From a virus: 64,000 nucleotides of DNA. Position 1 is the first letter of the stretch. Every line of letters begins with the position of its first letter. The stretch lies in the IMG/VR virus record IMGVR_UViG_3300032087_002755. One strand, given 5' to 3'. A program made the translations under genes and the position numbers. Positions 19,266 through 29,696 of the stretch are shown piece after piece. A model generated the notes under the pieces. It made no database searches. It was given only the letters and a program-made list of their open reading frames with translations, and was not told the DNA's origin.

Positions 19266-20016
19266 ATCGATACAAGAAATAGATAACCTTACCTTTGGTC
19301 AACAAAAGGACTTAAAGAAACCCAAGTATAAGACACTTACACTATGGGACGAAGGTTGGGAAACCATAATGTTGGGTGCATATCCCAAAGGTTCTAAAGT
19401 CGTAGAAGAACTTAAAGAAGTTCAGAGATTGGTAAAAGGTGCAACAGACGAACAGAAACAACAATATATCAATTGTGACGAAGACGGTGCATACTATATC
19501 AAACAATACATGGACGACCATGACTTAGAATACAGTCAAGACACTATAGATTTTATTAGAAAACAGTGTAGTCCAGTAATCAAACACCACAAAAACCATT
19601 TCAATCGTGCAAGACCATATCAAGTTGCAGAACATTTAGGAATGGAATTTGAGAGATTTAATACTGATACAAGTGAAACACCTTCATACCCTAGTGGACA
19701 TACAACACAACCTTTAGTGGTTGCATTGTATTACAGTAAAATGTATCCACAACACCAAGCGGGTCTTATGAACGGTGCAAAGATTAGTGGATTCGGTAGA
19801 GTCATAGCAGGATTGCATTATCCTTCAGACTATGAAGCTGGTGCAAAACTCGGTAGAGAACTATTTGAGTTTATGAAAGTAGAAGAAATAAAAGAAGATG
19901 CACCAATGAATTCTACAGGAGGTGCAATTAGTATGCCTCCAACAATGCAAAAAAAGAAAAGAGATAAGAGATACGATACAGATAACATGTATAAACTCTT
20001 ACGTAGATACATTTAA
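19252..20016 (+). CDS. PAP2-superfamily phosphatase
   Basis: KxxFNRARP, PSYPSGH, RVIAGLHYPSD. Confidence 0.9.
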   Translation: MMFIESIQEIDNLTFGQQKDLKKPKYKTLTLWDEGWETIMLGAYPKGSKVVEELKEVQRLVKGATDEQKQQYINCDEDGAYYIKQYMDDHDLEYSQDTIDFIRKQCSPVIKHHKNHFNRARPYQVAEHLGMEFERFNTDTSETPSYPSGHTTQPLVVALYYSKMYPQHQAGLMNGAKISGFGRVIAGLHYPSDYEAGAKLGRELFEFMKVEEIKEDAPMNSTGGAISMPPTMQKKKRDKRYDTDNMYKLLRRYI

Positions 20017-20019
20017 GTT

Positions 20020-21177
20020 ATGAAATTTTTGAATTACCTAGCCCTTATTACGTCCATTGGAATTGCAACCATAGCTGCATATTTCAGTGTTCTTGGGCTT
20101 GCAACCATATTCAGTGGTGCATTCTTAGGTATTGTCATTATGGCAGGTGCATTAGAATTTGGTAAGATTGTCAGTGCGGCTTACCTACACATGTTTTGGG
20201 AGAAGTTAAATTACTTCAAGTATTATTTGGTAGTAAGTGTTATAGTGTTAATGTTAATCACCTCACTCGGGATTTTTGGATATCTTGCAAAAGCAAGTTC
20301 AGACACCTCATATGCAACTGAATTTGCACAACAGGAAATCAATCAAATAGACGGAAAAATAGGTAGAGAAGAGAACAGAATTGCACTAATTGAAGAGAGA
20401 ATCAGTGGATTAAACTCGGGTGGACTAGACGTATCAGACTCAGTCAATGCACAAATAGAGATAAGAGACGGTGCATGGGATAGAGTTCAAGGGGATATAG
20501 ACTTTGCACAAGGTCAAATCGACAATTTAAGGTCTGAATTGAAGTCGCTTGACACTTCGGTATCAGAACTCAGAAACAGGGGTGTAGAGACGATTACAGT
20601 GGACGAGGGGGTGTTTAATGACGAGGTTAGAGTCATTGATTATGTTGCACAAGCAGAGGAATTATATACTTCTCAACAACCCCAAAGAGAACAAATCCGT
20701 GCAGATATTAAAGAACAACAGGGTAACATAGACAAGTATAGAGACCAAGCTCAGAACACTATAGACACTGCAAATACAGAAATCAGTAGACTCCAAACTC
20801 TATCAAATGGAAATGCAGACGAAAAACTAGAAGAAATTGAAGAATACAATAGACAGATTGACACTATCTATGATACAATACAAGAGTTAAGAGAGGAAAA
20901 GTTTCCTTTCGAACAGGAAATACTCGGTTTTGAACGAGAAGTAGGGCCGATACAGTACATTGCAGAGGTTATATACGGACAAGAAGAGTCTGTCAAGTAC
21001 CTTGACAATGCAATTAGATGGGTGATTTTTGCACTTATCTTTGTGTTTGACCCACTTGCAGTGTTACTATTGATTACAAGTATTGCACTTATATCTAATC
21101 CGAGTGGAAAGACACCACGAGTATTAAAAATTTTAGATAGACCCACGGTCATAAGAGTACCAAAAAGGACTAAATAA
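20020..21177 (+). CDS. membrane protein with long coiled coil
   Basis: Three N-terminal TM segments, heptad coiled coil, EVGPIQYIAE, C-terminal TM IFVFDPLAVLLL. Confidence 0.8.
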   Translation: MKFLNYLALITSIGIATIAAYFSVLGLATIFSGAFLGIVIMAGALEFGKIVSAAYLHMFWEKLNYFKYYLVVSVIVLMLITSLGIFGYLAKASSDTSYATEFAQQEINQIDGKIGREENRIALIEERISGLNSGGLDVSDSVNAQIEIRDGAWDRVQGDIDFAQGQIDNLRSELKSLDTSVSELRNRGVETITVDEGVFNDEVRVIDYVAQAEELYTSQQPQREQIRADIKEQQGNIDKYRDQAQNTIDTANTEISRLQTLSNGNADEKLEEIEEYNRQIDTIYDTIQELREEKFPFEQEILGFEREVGPIQYIAEVIYGQEESVKYLDNAIRWVIFALIFVFDPLAVLLLITSIALISNPSGKTPRVLKILDRPTVIRVPKRTK

Positions 21178-21193
21178 ATCATTAGGAGATATT

Positions 21194-21370
21194 ATGTCAG
21201 AACGAGAAGAATTTACAGGAACACTTGAGGAACTTAAAGAGTTTCTTCAAGCTGAATATGCAAAAGTAAATAGAGAAACTACACCAGCTTCTAAACTTGC
21301 AGAAGTTGATGCGTCTTATAATGCAAACATGGCTTTATTACAATCACAAATTGACGAACAGAACAGTTAA
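21194..21370 (+). CDS. small late protein (58 aa)
   Basis: CTAAATA at 21170; SD AGGAG. Confidence 0.6.
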   Translation: MSEREEFTGTLEELKEFLQAEYAKVNRETTPASKLAEVDASYNANMALLQSQIDEQNS

Positions 21371-21408
21371 TACCATAAATAAAAGGTTAAATTTAACAGG
21401 AGATTAAC

Positions 21409-21606
21409 ATGTCAGAAGAAGATAAAGGTACCTTTTCTGCTGCTCAAGCTAAAGCTGCAATCGAAGCCGACGCACCCGTTGCACCAGCTGCCGACCTAAC
21501 AGGAGAAGCATTAACACTTGCACAAGCAAGTTATGACGCTTCTATGGTTACTCATAACGAGAAACTTGCAGAATTACAAGCAATCATTGACGCAACAGTA
21601 GAATAA
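21409..21606 (+). CDS. small Ala-rich late protein
   Basis: CATAAATA at ~21374; SD AGGAG. Confidence 0.65.
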   Translation: MSEEDKGTFSAAQAKAAIEADAPVAPAADLTGEALTLAQASYDASMVTHNEKLAELQAIIDATVE

Positions 21607-21647
21607 ACCCACTTGTATTTTCTCTCTTTTTATAGTATAATTAATGT

Positions 21648-22673
21648 ATGCTATGGTTAGAGAGAAAATATCTTTCCCGTATTGTTTCACTCGTTGAACT
21701 AGGGAAATGGAAGAACGACAATACACTGAATCATCGGTGTTTATATTGTGGTGATTCCCAAAAGAATCAGTTTAAAGCTCGTGGATTCCACTTTACAGTG
21801 GGTCAGAGTTTTGTCTACAAATGTCACAATTGTGGTCATTCGACCTCTTCAGTTAATTTTATCAAAGACCACTTTCCAGTTATTCATAAAGAATATCTAA
21901 AAGAGTGGTTGAAAGAAAAGGGTGTAAAACCTAAAAACCAAAAAATGTTGAGTGCAAACGAATTCAAGTTCACTCCAAATGAAGAATTACTAAATATGAA
22001 GAAAGTCGATTTGAGTGCAGTAGCCTTTAAGGTAACCGACAAGGTGATTGCACAAGAATTTGTTGATTCTCGACAGATTCCTAAAGAACGACAAGAAGAA
22101 CTTTGGTTCACACCTCAGGCACAAACCTTACATTTATTATCCAATAAGTATAAGGACAGAGTTTTGGGGAATGACCCAAGAATAATATTACCGTTCATAA
22201 GAGAGGACGGGGAACTGGTTGGTATCACGGGTCGTGCGATAAACGATTCACCTCTTAGATACCTAACCATGAGATTCCTAGATGATGTTCCACTCATCTA
22301 TAATATACAAAACGTGGACAAAACAAAAACTATCTATGTGACTGAGGGGCCGATAGACAGTTTATTCCTACCTAATAGTATAGCAGTCGGTGGTAGTGAT
22401 TTCAAAAAAATAGATGACTCGTTAAAGGACAATGCAATAATCATTTATGACAACGAACCACGAAACAAAGAAATAATTAAAAAGATTGAAGAGGTCATAG
22501 ACCTTGGATATAACGTGTGTATTTGGAATGAAAGAAGAGTGAGTGAATTTAAAGATATTAATGATATGGTTCTTGGTGGTTTAACACAAGAAGAAATTGT
22601 AGAAATTATAAATTCTAATACTTACAGTGGTCTCTCAGCAAAAGCAAAATTACAGGAGTATAAGAAGATATGA
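21648..22673 (+). CDS. gp61: DNA primase
   Basis: Zn ribbon CLYCGDS...CHNC; TOPRIM VTEGPIDSLF, YDNEPRN, KDINDM. Confidence 0.96.
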   Translation: MLWLERKYLSRIVSLVELGKWKNDNTLNHRCLYCGDSQKNQFKARGFHFTVGQSFVYKCHNCGHSTSSVNFIKDHFPVIHKEYLKEWLKEKGVKPKNQKMLSANEFKFTPNEELLNMKKVDLSAVAFKVTDKVIAQEFVDSRQIPKERQEELWFTPQAQTLHLLSNKYKDRVLGNDPRIILPFIREDGELVGITGRAINDSPLRYLTMRFLDDVPLIYNIQNVDKTKTIYVTEGPIDSLFLPNSIAVGGSDFKKIDDSLKDNAIIIYDNEPRNKEIIKKIEEVIDLGYNVCIWNERRVSEFKDINDMVLGGLTQEEIVEIINSNTYSGLSAKAKLQEYKKI

Positions 22674-24988
22674 ATTCAGACATAAGAGTATTGAAGTCAG
22701 ACGGGTCGAAGGTAGAAATCAATTTAGATAAAATCCACAAAATGGTACACAAAGCATGTAAGAAGATTACAGGTGTATCAGAGTCATTAGTAGAAATGAA
22801 TAGTGGATTACAATTCTATGACGGGATAACCACAAAGGACATACAAAAGATTCTAGTAAAATCTGCAAGTGATTTGATTTCACTTGAAAATCCTAACTAC
22901 CAATTTGTTGCAGCTAGATTATTACTCTTTGGAGTTCAGAAACAAGTATTCAACACCAAGTGGAAAGACTCAGAAATCTATCCACCACTCAAAGACATTA
23001 TTCAACGAAACATTGACATAGGAGTATATGACGATGACATTCTAAAATGGTATAAAGAAGAAGAGTTAGACCAATTAGACAAATATATCAAACACTCACG
23101 TGACCTTACCTTTACCTATGCTGGACTACAACAGATTGTAGACAAATATCTAGTGCAAGATAGGAAGAGTGGAATGGTATATGAAACACCACAATTCATG
23201 TATATGTTAATTGCTATGACTTTATTTAAAAAGTATAGTGGTGAACTAGGAGACAAATTAGAGTATGTCAAAAAATACTATGACGCGATTTCACAATTTA
23301 AAATCAATATCCCAACCCCCATCATGGCTGGAGTTAGAACTCCTTTACGACAATTTGCATCGTGTGTCCTTGTCGATTCAGACGACACTCTCGACAGTAT
23401 CTTCGCAAGTGATATGGCGATTGGAAAATATGTTGCACAAAGAGCTGGTATCGGAATTAACGCAGGAAGAATTAGAGGACTTGGTTCTAGAATTAGAGGA
23501 GGTGAAGTCCAACATACGGGAGCTATCCCATTCCTTAAAAAATTTGAGTCAACTGTTAGATGTTGCACCCAAAACGGGGTAAGAGGTGGAAGTGCAACAG
23601 TGCATTTTCCAATATGGCACCAAGAGATTGGAGACATATTAGTATTAAAGAACAACAAAGGTACTGAAGATAATAGAGTTAGAAAACTAGATTATTCAAT
23701 TCAGTTATCAGAATTATTTTATAAAAGATTTCTTGCAAATGAAGATATCACACTATTCTCACCACATGACGTGGAAGGGTTATATGAAGCATTCGGTACA
23801 CCCGACTTTGACGAACTCTATGAGAAATATGAACGTGCAACTTCTATTCCTAAAAAGAAAGTAAGTGCAAGAGAACTATTTACCAGTCTTCTAAAAGAAC
23901 GTGCAGAGACAGGTAGAATTTATATTATGAACATTGACCATTGTAACTCACATAGTTCATTCTTAGATAAGGTGAACATGAGTAATCTATGTCAAGAAAT
24001 TACTCTTCCTACAGACCCAATCCAACATATAGACGGACATGGGGAAATTGCACTTTGTATTTTAAGTGCAATCAATGTAGGAATTGTAAAAGAAGAGGAG
24101 TTGGAATCTCTTTGTGATTTATCAGTGAGAGGACTTGAAGAACTGATAGATTTCCAAGAATATCCAGTTGTAGCAGCTGAACAGTCAACCATTGCAAGAC
24201 GTTCCCTAGGAATAGGTTATATAGGACTAGCACATTACCTTGCAAAGAATAAAGTTCAGTATGGTGATTCAGATGCATTAAAACTGGTTCACGACTTAAC
24301 AGAGAGATTCCAATACTACCTTCTTAAATCGTCAAACAATCTTGCACGAATCAATGGTGCATGTATAGACTTTAACAGAACAAAATACAGTCAAGGATTA
24401 TTACCCATTGACCACTATAAGAAAGACGTAGACGAATTGGTTCCAAACAATCTTAACATGGATTGGGACAAACTAAGAAAGGATATCAAAGAACATGGTC
24501 TTAGACACTCCACATTGACTGCACAAATGCCCTCTGAGAGTTCCTCAGTCGTCTCTAATGCAACGAATGGAATAGAACCACCTAGAGACCACCTAAGTGT
24601 TAAGAAGAGTAAAAAAGGAACACTTAAACAGGTTGTTCCACAATATAGTATATTGAAGAATTTCTATACACTCTTATGGGACATGCCTGATAATACAGGA
24701 TATATCAATGTGGTTGCAGTTATGCAGAAATTCTTTGACCAAGCAATTAGTGGTAACTGGTCTTATAATCCCGAAAATTATGAAAACGGAGAAGTTCCAA
24801 TATCAGTCATGGCAAGAGACATGTTGACCACATATAAATACGGGTGGAAAACAAGTTATTACCAAAATACCATGGACGGGAAAACAGAAGACGTGGTTGG
24901 AGATATGCCAAGTGCAGTGGACGACGCTGCAAATGTAATGTCTCAATATGATGAGGGGGAAGAAGATTGTGAAGCATGTGCCATTTGA
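22670..24988 (+). CDS. nrdA: class Ia ribonucleotide reductase alpha subunit
   Basis: ATP cone, PTPIMAG, ASCVL, QNGVRGG, SNLCQEI, MPSESSS, C-terminal CEAC. Confidence 0.98.
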   Translation: MNSDIRVLKSDGSKVEINLDKIHKMVHKACKKITGVSESLVEMNSGLQFYDGITTKDIQKILVKSASDLISLENPNYQFVAARLLLFGVQKQVFNTKWKDSEIYPPLKDIIQRNIDIGVYDDDILKWYKEEELDQLDKYIKHSRDLTFTYAGLQQIVDKYLVQDRKSGMVYETPQFMYMLIAMTLFKKYSGELGDKLEYVKKYYDAISQFKINIPTPIMAGVRTPLRQFASCVLVDSDDTLDSIFASDMAIGKYVAQRAGIGINAGRIRGLGSRIRGGEVQHTGAIPFLKKFESTVRCCTQNGVRGGSATVHFPIWHQEIGDILVLKNNKGTEDNRVRKLDYSIQLSELFYKRFLANEDITLFSPHDVEGLYEAFGTPDFDELYEKYERATSIPKKKVSARELFTSLLKERAETGRIYIMNIDHCNSHSSFLDKVNMSNLCQEITLPTDPIQHIDGHGEIALCILSAINVGIVKEEELESLCDLSVRGLEELIDFQEYPVVAAEQSTIARRSLGIGYIGLAHYLAKNKVQYGDSDALKLVHDLTERFQYYLLKSSNNLARINGACIDFNRTKYSQGLLPIDHYKKDVDELVPNNLNMDWDKLRKDIKEHGLRHSTLTAQMPSESSSVVSNATNGIEPPRDHLSVKKSKKGTLKQVVPQYSILKNFYTLLWDMPDNTGYINVVAVMQKFFDQAISGNWSYNPENYENGEVPISVMARDMLTTYKYGWKTSYYQNTMDGKTEDVVGDMPSAVDDAANVMSQYDEGEEDCEACAI

Positions 24989-25967
24989 AGATAGAACTGT
25001 AGAACTAGTAAAAAATGTCAAAACTCCCAGTGGTAAGAGAAAGTCATTATCTTTAAAAACAAACCAACTTACTGCAGATTTTATTAACAACAGATATGTT
25101 GTACTCAGAGATTTTATAGACAAAGATATAATAACTTTTGCACTTGATTCATGGAAAACTGTAGAACACAATCCCGAATTATTAGATTTGATTGCACGTG
25201 AAGAGAAACATGATATCACATATAAGTCACCAAAGGGTTCTATAGGAAAATCAAGAGGTGGATACTGTTCTCCATGGGGTGTTGCACTAAATAGATACCT
25301 CAAAGACAAACTTAAAGGTGTTATTGACTTAGAGTTGGGTGAAACTTATTCATACACTAGAAAGTATGAGAGAGGTGCATATCTATCTGCACATAGAGAC
25401 AGACCAGCATGTGAAATATCTACAACAATATGTCTAGGATATAAAACAGACGATGGTAAACCTTGGAGAATATGGGTAGACAATTCTAGAAATTGGGTTG
25501 ATACTGATGACCATGATTATCTACAGAGTGAAACTCAAAAGATACCAAACAGATTAAGAAAATCTGTTCCCATAGATTTAGAGGTTGGTGACGTGTTACT
25601 TTACCAAGGCCCTAATGCAGCTCATTGGAGAGACCATTTAATTGGTGATTATAGTTATCATGTGTTTTGTCATTTTTATAATAGAGAAGGAAGAATGGCA
25701 TTAGACCACCCAAAAAGTAAGTGGAGAGGATTTGATACAAATACTCATAGGACTCACTTTAAAGATGGTTATCAACCTGGCGGGGGAAGATATACACCAC
25801 CATGTGTTTTAGAATATGATGCTAGAGAAAGTAGATATCATATGGAAGAGTCTAGACCACAAGAATTGCAAGATGCATATGACCAATTTAGAGAGTCATA
25901 TGAAAGTAGAGAGTTCGGCCCACCGTCTGAATTCTCAAATTTTTATGACATGGAAGATGATTTATGA
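24978..25967 (+). CDS. 2OG-Fe(II) oxygenase-like protein between nrdA and nrdB
   Basis: TYSYTRKY, HRDRPACEISTT, GDVLLYQG...HWR; GTG start at 24978 inferred. Confidence 0.8.
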   Translation: MPFEDRTVELVKNVKTPSGKRKSLSLKTNQLTADFINNRYVVLRDFIDKDIITFALDSWKTVEHNPELLDLIAREEKHDITYKSPKGSIGKSRGGYCSPWGVALNRYLKDKLKGVIDLELGETYSYTRKYERGAYLSAHRDRPACEISTTICLGYKTDDGKPWRIWVDNSRNWVDTDDHDYLQSETQKIPNRLRKSVPIDLEVGDVLLYQGPNAAHWRDHLIGDYSYHVFCHFYNREGRMALDHPKSKWRGFDTNTHRTHFKDGYQPGGGRYTPPCVLEYDARESRYHMEESRPQELQDAYDQFRESYESREFGPPSEFSNFYDMEDDL

Positions 25968-27061
25968 CAGTATTTAATAAAAACAAAGTAGATTTCACAA
26001 AGAACAAGATTTTCTTTGGTGAAGAGTTAAACACTCAACGATTTGATGAGTTCAAATATCCAGTATTTGATAAACTCACTCAGACACAATTAGGATTCTT
26101 TTGGAGACCCGAAGAAGTCTCTTTACAAAAAGACCGTGCTGATTATCAGAATCTTACTGAAGCACAAAAACACATTTTTACCTCTAATTTGAGGTATCAA
26201 ACCTTACTCGACTCAGTTCAAGGTAGAGCTCCATCCATAGCATTTTTACCGTTTGTGACTTTGCCTGAACTTGAGTCTTGTATTATCACTTGGGACTTTA
26301 TGGAGACAATCCATAGTAGAAGTTATACACATATCATTAAGAATGTGTATGCAAACCCAAGTGATATCTTTGACACTATACTAGACGAAGAAGCAATCGT
26401 AAAACGTGCAGAAATGGTCACTGAAAAGTATGACGAGTTCATTGCACTTGGTCGTAGAAGATTACTTGGTCTTAAAGTAGAGGATTACGATTTATATAAA
26501 GCATTATACCTTGCACTTATATCAGTTAATATCTTAGAAGGAATCAGATTCTTTGTGTCCTTTGCATGTTCTTTTGCATTCGGTGAGTTGAAACAAATGG
26601 AAGGAAGTGCAAAAATCATATCTCTGATTGCAAGAGACGAATCACAACACCTTGCAATATCACAACACATACTTAAAGCCTATAAGAATCAAGAGAATGA
26701 TAAGTTAATGAACAAAGTCATGAAGGATTGTGAACAGGAAGTGTACAAGTTATATGAGGATTCAGTAAATCAAGAAAAAGAATGGGCAGAGTTCCTATTC
26801 AAAGACGGGTCAATGATTGGACTAAGTGTTCCATTATTGAGTCAATATGTAGAATACATTGCAAACAAGAGATTACGTGCAATAGGTTTAAACCCTATAT
26901 ACGACATTTCAAGTGCAAATAACCCACTACCATGGACACAACACTGGTTCAACAGTAGAGGACTTCAGAATGCACCACAAGAGACGGAGATTGAATCTTA
27001 TCTCATTGGTGGTATTAAACAAGATGTCGATAACGACACATTCTCAGACTTTAAATTATAG
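25964..27061 (+). CDS. nrdB: class Ia ribonucleotide reductase beta subunit
   Basis: FFWRPEEV, LDSVQ, ETIHSRSY, LEGIRF, RDESQH, APQETE. Confidence 0.98.
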   Translation: MTVFNKNKVDFTKNKIFFGEELNTQRFDEFKYPVFDKLTQTQLGFFWRPEEVSLQKDRADYQNLTEAQKHIFTSNLRYQTLLDSVQGRAPSIAFLPFVTLPELESCIITWDFMETIHSRSYTHIIKNVYANPSDIFDTILDEEAIVKRAEMVTEKYDEFIALGRRRLLGLKVEDYDLYKALYLALISVNILEGIRFFVSFACSFAFGELKQMEGSAKIISLIARDESQHLAISQHILKAYKNQENDKLMNKVMKDCEQEVYKLYEDSVNQEKEWAEFLFKDGSMIGLSVPLLSQYVEYIANKRLRAIGLNPIYDISSANNPLPWTQHWFNSRGLQNAPQETEIESYLIGGIKQDVDNDTFSDFKL

Positions 27062-27069
27062 GAGTAGAT

Positions 27070-27300
27070 ATGATTGAGATATATGGAAAAACACAATGTC
27101 CATTTTGCGATAGAGCAAAAGCACTATGTGAACAAAAAGGAGTAGATTACGTCTATTATCAATTAGACGTGGATTTTGATAGGGAAAAACTATTAGAACT
27201 ATTTCCTACTGCAAGAACTTTTCCACAAATAAGAGAGAGAAAAATAGAAGCCAATTACGACTATATCGGAGGTTTCACTGAACTAGAAGCCTTGTTGTAA
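27070..27300 (+). CDS. nrdC: glutaredoxin
   Basis: CPFC, TFPQI, IGGF. Confidence 0.93.
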   Translation: MIEIYGKTQCPFCDRAKALCEQKGVDYVYYQLDVDFDREKLLELFPTARTFPQIRERKIEANYDYIGGFTELEALL

Positions 27301-27566
27301 TGAAAAAGTATCGTTTGTATTTAAATCCACCTCACAAACAAACAGTATTGGATAGAAGGTGGGAACATTTATTTAAAAATATAGATAGAATGTATCAAGA
27401 AGTCAGAGTATTGACTGCTGGATTAGATTTCTATCAACCCGAAGCAAAACACCCACTTCCGTATGCAACACTAGACGGTAAGAAAAAGAGTTTTGAGAAC
27501 ATATACAAACTTATAATGGTTCAGACGGGTAAAGCGGAAGACGACTATATTCCAAAGGAGGAATAA
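27300..27566 (+). CDS. hypothetical protein
   Basis: ORF track; coupled start/stop. Confidence 0.65.
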   Translation: MKKYRLYLNPPHKQTVLDRRWEHLFKNIDRMYQEVRVLTAGLDFYQPEAKHPLPYATLDGKKKSFENIYKLIMVQTGKAEDDYIPKEE

Positions 27567-27727
27567 TGGAATACGAAGTAGGATTTAGACTATTTTGTCA
27601 AAATTGCAAATCAGAGTGTGAAGTGTATCACAACATGGATTCACACCAATACGAATTAGATTACTGCCCTTTTTGTGGTGCAGAAATAGACGAAGACACT
27701 AGAGAAGAAATACACGAAGAGGAATAA
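27566..27727 (+). CDS. small zinc-ribbon protein (53 aa)
   Basis: SD GGAGG; CQNC...CPFCG. Confidence 0.7.
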   Translation: MEYEVGFRLFCQNCKSECEVYHNMDSHQYELDYCPFCGAEIDEDTREEIHEEE

Positions 27728-28039
27728 GTGGAAATCTACTGTAAAGACAACAAAATGTTGGACAAGGCTATCAGTCTTGCAGAACAGTTGAATATTGCAG
27801 ATGAACAGGGTGTCACTGTATACATAAAGAGACTTCCACCCTCATTCAAACAAAAAGGAATCATAGAATTCCCACGTCAATTCAAAGATGAGACACATAT
27901 TGATATTTACATCAAATATGACTCAGAAAGATACGTCACACTTGCACACGAAATGGTGCATTTAAGACAGGTCATAACAGACGGAATCTTAGACGAAAAC
28001 GAGGCTTATACCCTCGAAAAAACCCTCAAAATAGACTAA
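27728..28039 (+). CDS. HExxH metallopeptidase-like protein
   Basis: TLAHEMVHLRQ...ENEAY. Confidence 0.7.
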   Translation: MEIYCKDNKMLDKAISLAEQLNIADEQGVTVYIKRLPPSFKQKGIIEFPRQFKDETHIDIYIKYDSERYVTLAHEMVHLRQVITDGILDENEAYTLEKTLKID

Positions 28040-28057
28040 AAAAAGTCCCCAAAACAC

Positions 28058-28087
28058 TTGACAATGGGTGTCACTTTTAGGTATACT
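28058..28087 (+). promoter_or_regulatory. early promoter (ATG 6 nt after -10)
   Basis: TTGACA-ATGGGTGTCACTTTTAGG-TATACT. Confidence 0.8.
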
Positions 28088-28093
28088 AACAGT

Positions 28094-28597
28094 ATGGAAA
28101 ATAAAGTAATAAAGAGAATCTTCGTTGATATGGACGGAGTATTAGCAGATTTCAACACTGGTGTTGAGAATCTAACTGGGAGAGCATTCCCTAACACTGA
28201 CGCTGGTCACAATGACTATGACGAAAGGAAAGAAGAGTTAACCAACAAGAGATTATTCAGAAATCTTCCACCTATGGAAGATATGTATGACTTGGTTGCA
28301 TATATCAGACACACTGGACTTCCTTGGGAAATCTTGACTGCTGCTGGTGTTATCAACAGAGAGTTAGTAGTGTTTGACAAAAACGAGTGGATTAGAGAAT
28401 ATGTGAGTCCAAGTGTTGTTGTGACTTGCACTATGACTGGTAGTCAAAAAGGTATGTTTGCAATCAAAGGAAGTGTCCTTATTGATGACAGACAAAAGAA
28501 CCTTGATGCATGGGAGAAACATGGTGGAATTGGTATCTTACACACTAGTGCAGAAGACACCATTAACCAATTAAAAGAACTTAGAAAAGGAGTATAG
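28094..28597 (+). CDS. HAD-family 5'(3')-deoxyribonucleotidase
   Basis: IFVDMDGVLADF, ILTA, LIDDR; real start likely MENKV at 28094. Confidence 0.88.
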   Translation: MENKVIKRIFVDMDGVLADFNTGVENLTGRAFPNTDAGHNDYDERKEELTNKRLFRNLPPMEDMYDLVAYIRHTGLPWEILTAAGVINRELVVFDKNEWIREYVSPSVVVTCTMTGSQKGMFAIKGSVLIDDRQKNLDAWEKHGGIGILHTSAEDTINQLKELRKGV

Positions 28598-28598
28598 T

Positions 28599-29000
28599 AT
28601 GGGATTAGATAGAATTAAAGACGGGACTGCAAGGTGGTATGTGGTTAACACTCAGAATCTTGAGGAGTATGGAACAAACTTCCATAAGTTCAAGGGTGGT
28701 TCCGAGTATGTGATTGGATTCCACGTGGACTTACTTGTCTTTGAGGAGAATGCATATGGTGAGGGTGAACACTCTTATTATGAGTCCCCTTCACTCACTG
28801 AAGCTAGTGTTGCAGCTTTAGTCATGAAACACGTCAACAGACTGAATGGTCTGAGTGGTTCTTTTGATTATATCACTAACATTGAAGTGATTGATTCACC
28901 TTTTAACACACCCGACCACCCAACGTGGAGAGGTGGTGCAGAGGACTTGATTTCTGAAATCGAGGACTTGAGGGAATACAACAAAAATCTAGTTGCATAA
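28599..29000 (+). CDS. hypothetical protein
   Basis: SD AGGAG; TQNLEEYG...KFKGGSEY. Confidence 0.7.
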   Translation: MGLDRIKDGTARWYVVNTQNLEEYGTNFHKFKGGSEYVIGFHVDLLVFEENAYGEGEHSYYESPSLTEASVAALVMKHVNRLNGLSGSFDYITNIEVIDSPFNTPDHPTWRGGAEDLISEIEDLREYNKNLVA

Positions 29001-29031
29001 AATCCCCTAAACAATTCACCTATATATTACC

Positions 29032-29313
29032 ATGTTTAAGAAAATATGGAATTTTATCAAACGTATCCCTTATTATTCAATAAAGGTATCTCAATGGGTT
29101 GTTGAGACTTGTAAACGTCTCTTCACCAAACGTTTTAAAGTCACTGTATCATTTAATAGTGTATATGGAGACTCAGACGATAGAGTGTTTATTACAAGAA
29201 AAGTGTTAATTCAGAAAGAAAAGCACTTGAAATTTAGGGACGACCATGGTAAAATAGTAGAATACAGGAGTTCGGGTGGACTGAACTATATCATTGAGGA
29301 GTATGACGGATAA
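29032..29313 (+). CDS. hypothetical protein
   Basis: ORF track; late-promoter-like box 5 nt upstream. Confidence 0.65.
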   Translation: MFKKIWNFIKRIPYYSIKVSQWVVETCKRLFTKRFKVTVSFNSVYGDSDDRVFITRKVLIQKEKHLKFRDDHGKIVEYRSSGGLNYIIEEYDG

Positions 29314-29696
29314 TGCAACAGTTTTTTATCGCAATAATCCTTGTTCTCGGATTAAGTAGTTGGTATCTTTATAATGAAAACCAAACACTAACTGCAAATA
29401 ACCAAAAGTTAGAATATGCAGTAGAAGAACAAAAACAAGCTATCGTTGCAATTAAAGAGAATTACGAAAGACAAGGTAAATCTCTTTTACAAATGACACG
29501 AAAAGCTGCAGAAGCAGAAGCTGAAAAAGCAGAATATCTTTCTATTTTTTCAAGACACAACCTAGATTTACTTGCATTGAAAAAGCCAGGTCTTATCGAA
29601 ATAAGATTTAACAATGGAAGTGAAAAAGTAATGGAGGGATTAGAAAATGACACAAAAGAACTTTATAAGCTTACTGTGCCTGACACTACTGATTAG
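29313..29696 (+). CDS. i-spanin (Rz-like)
   Basis: N-terminal TM, periplasmic coiled coil, overlapped by a lipoprotein gene. Confidence 0.75.
   Translation: MQQFFIAIILVLGLSSWYLYNENQTLTANNQKLEYAVEEQKQAIVAIKENYERQGKSLLQMTRKAAEAEAEKAEYLSIFSRHNLDLLALKKPGLIEIRFNNGSEKVMEGLENDTKELYKLTVPDTTD

Noticed and set aside
16720-19970. Other in-frame A_AAA_AAG heptamers (~16724, ~19950)
   Set aside because: Their -1 frames stop within a few codons and no stimulatory pair is evident; expected by chance in Lys-rich genes
22670-27061. Introns or inteins in nrdA/nrdB (also gp43, gp41)
   Set aside because: ORFs are continuous and of normal length with no intein motifs; the intervening gene is an oxygenase, not an endonuclease
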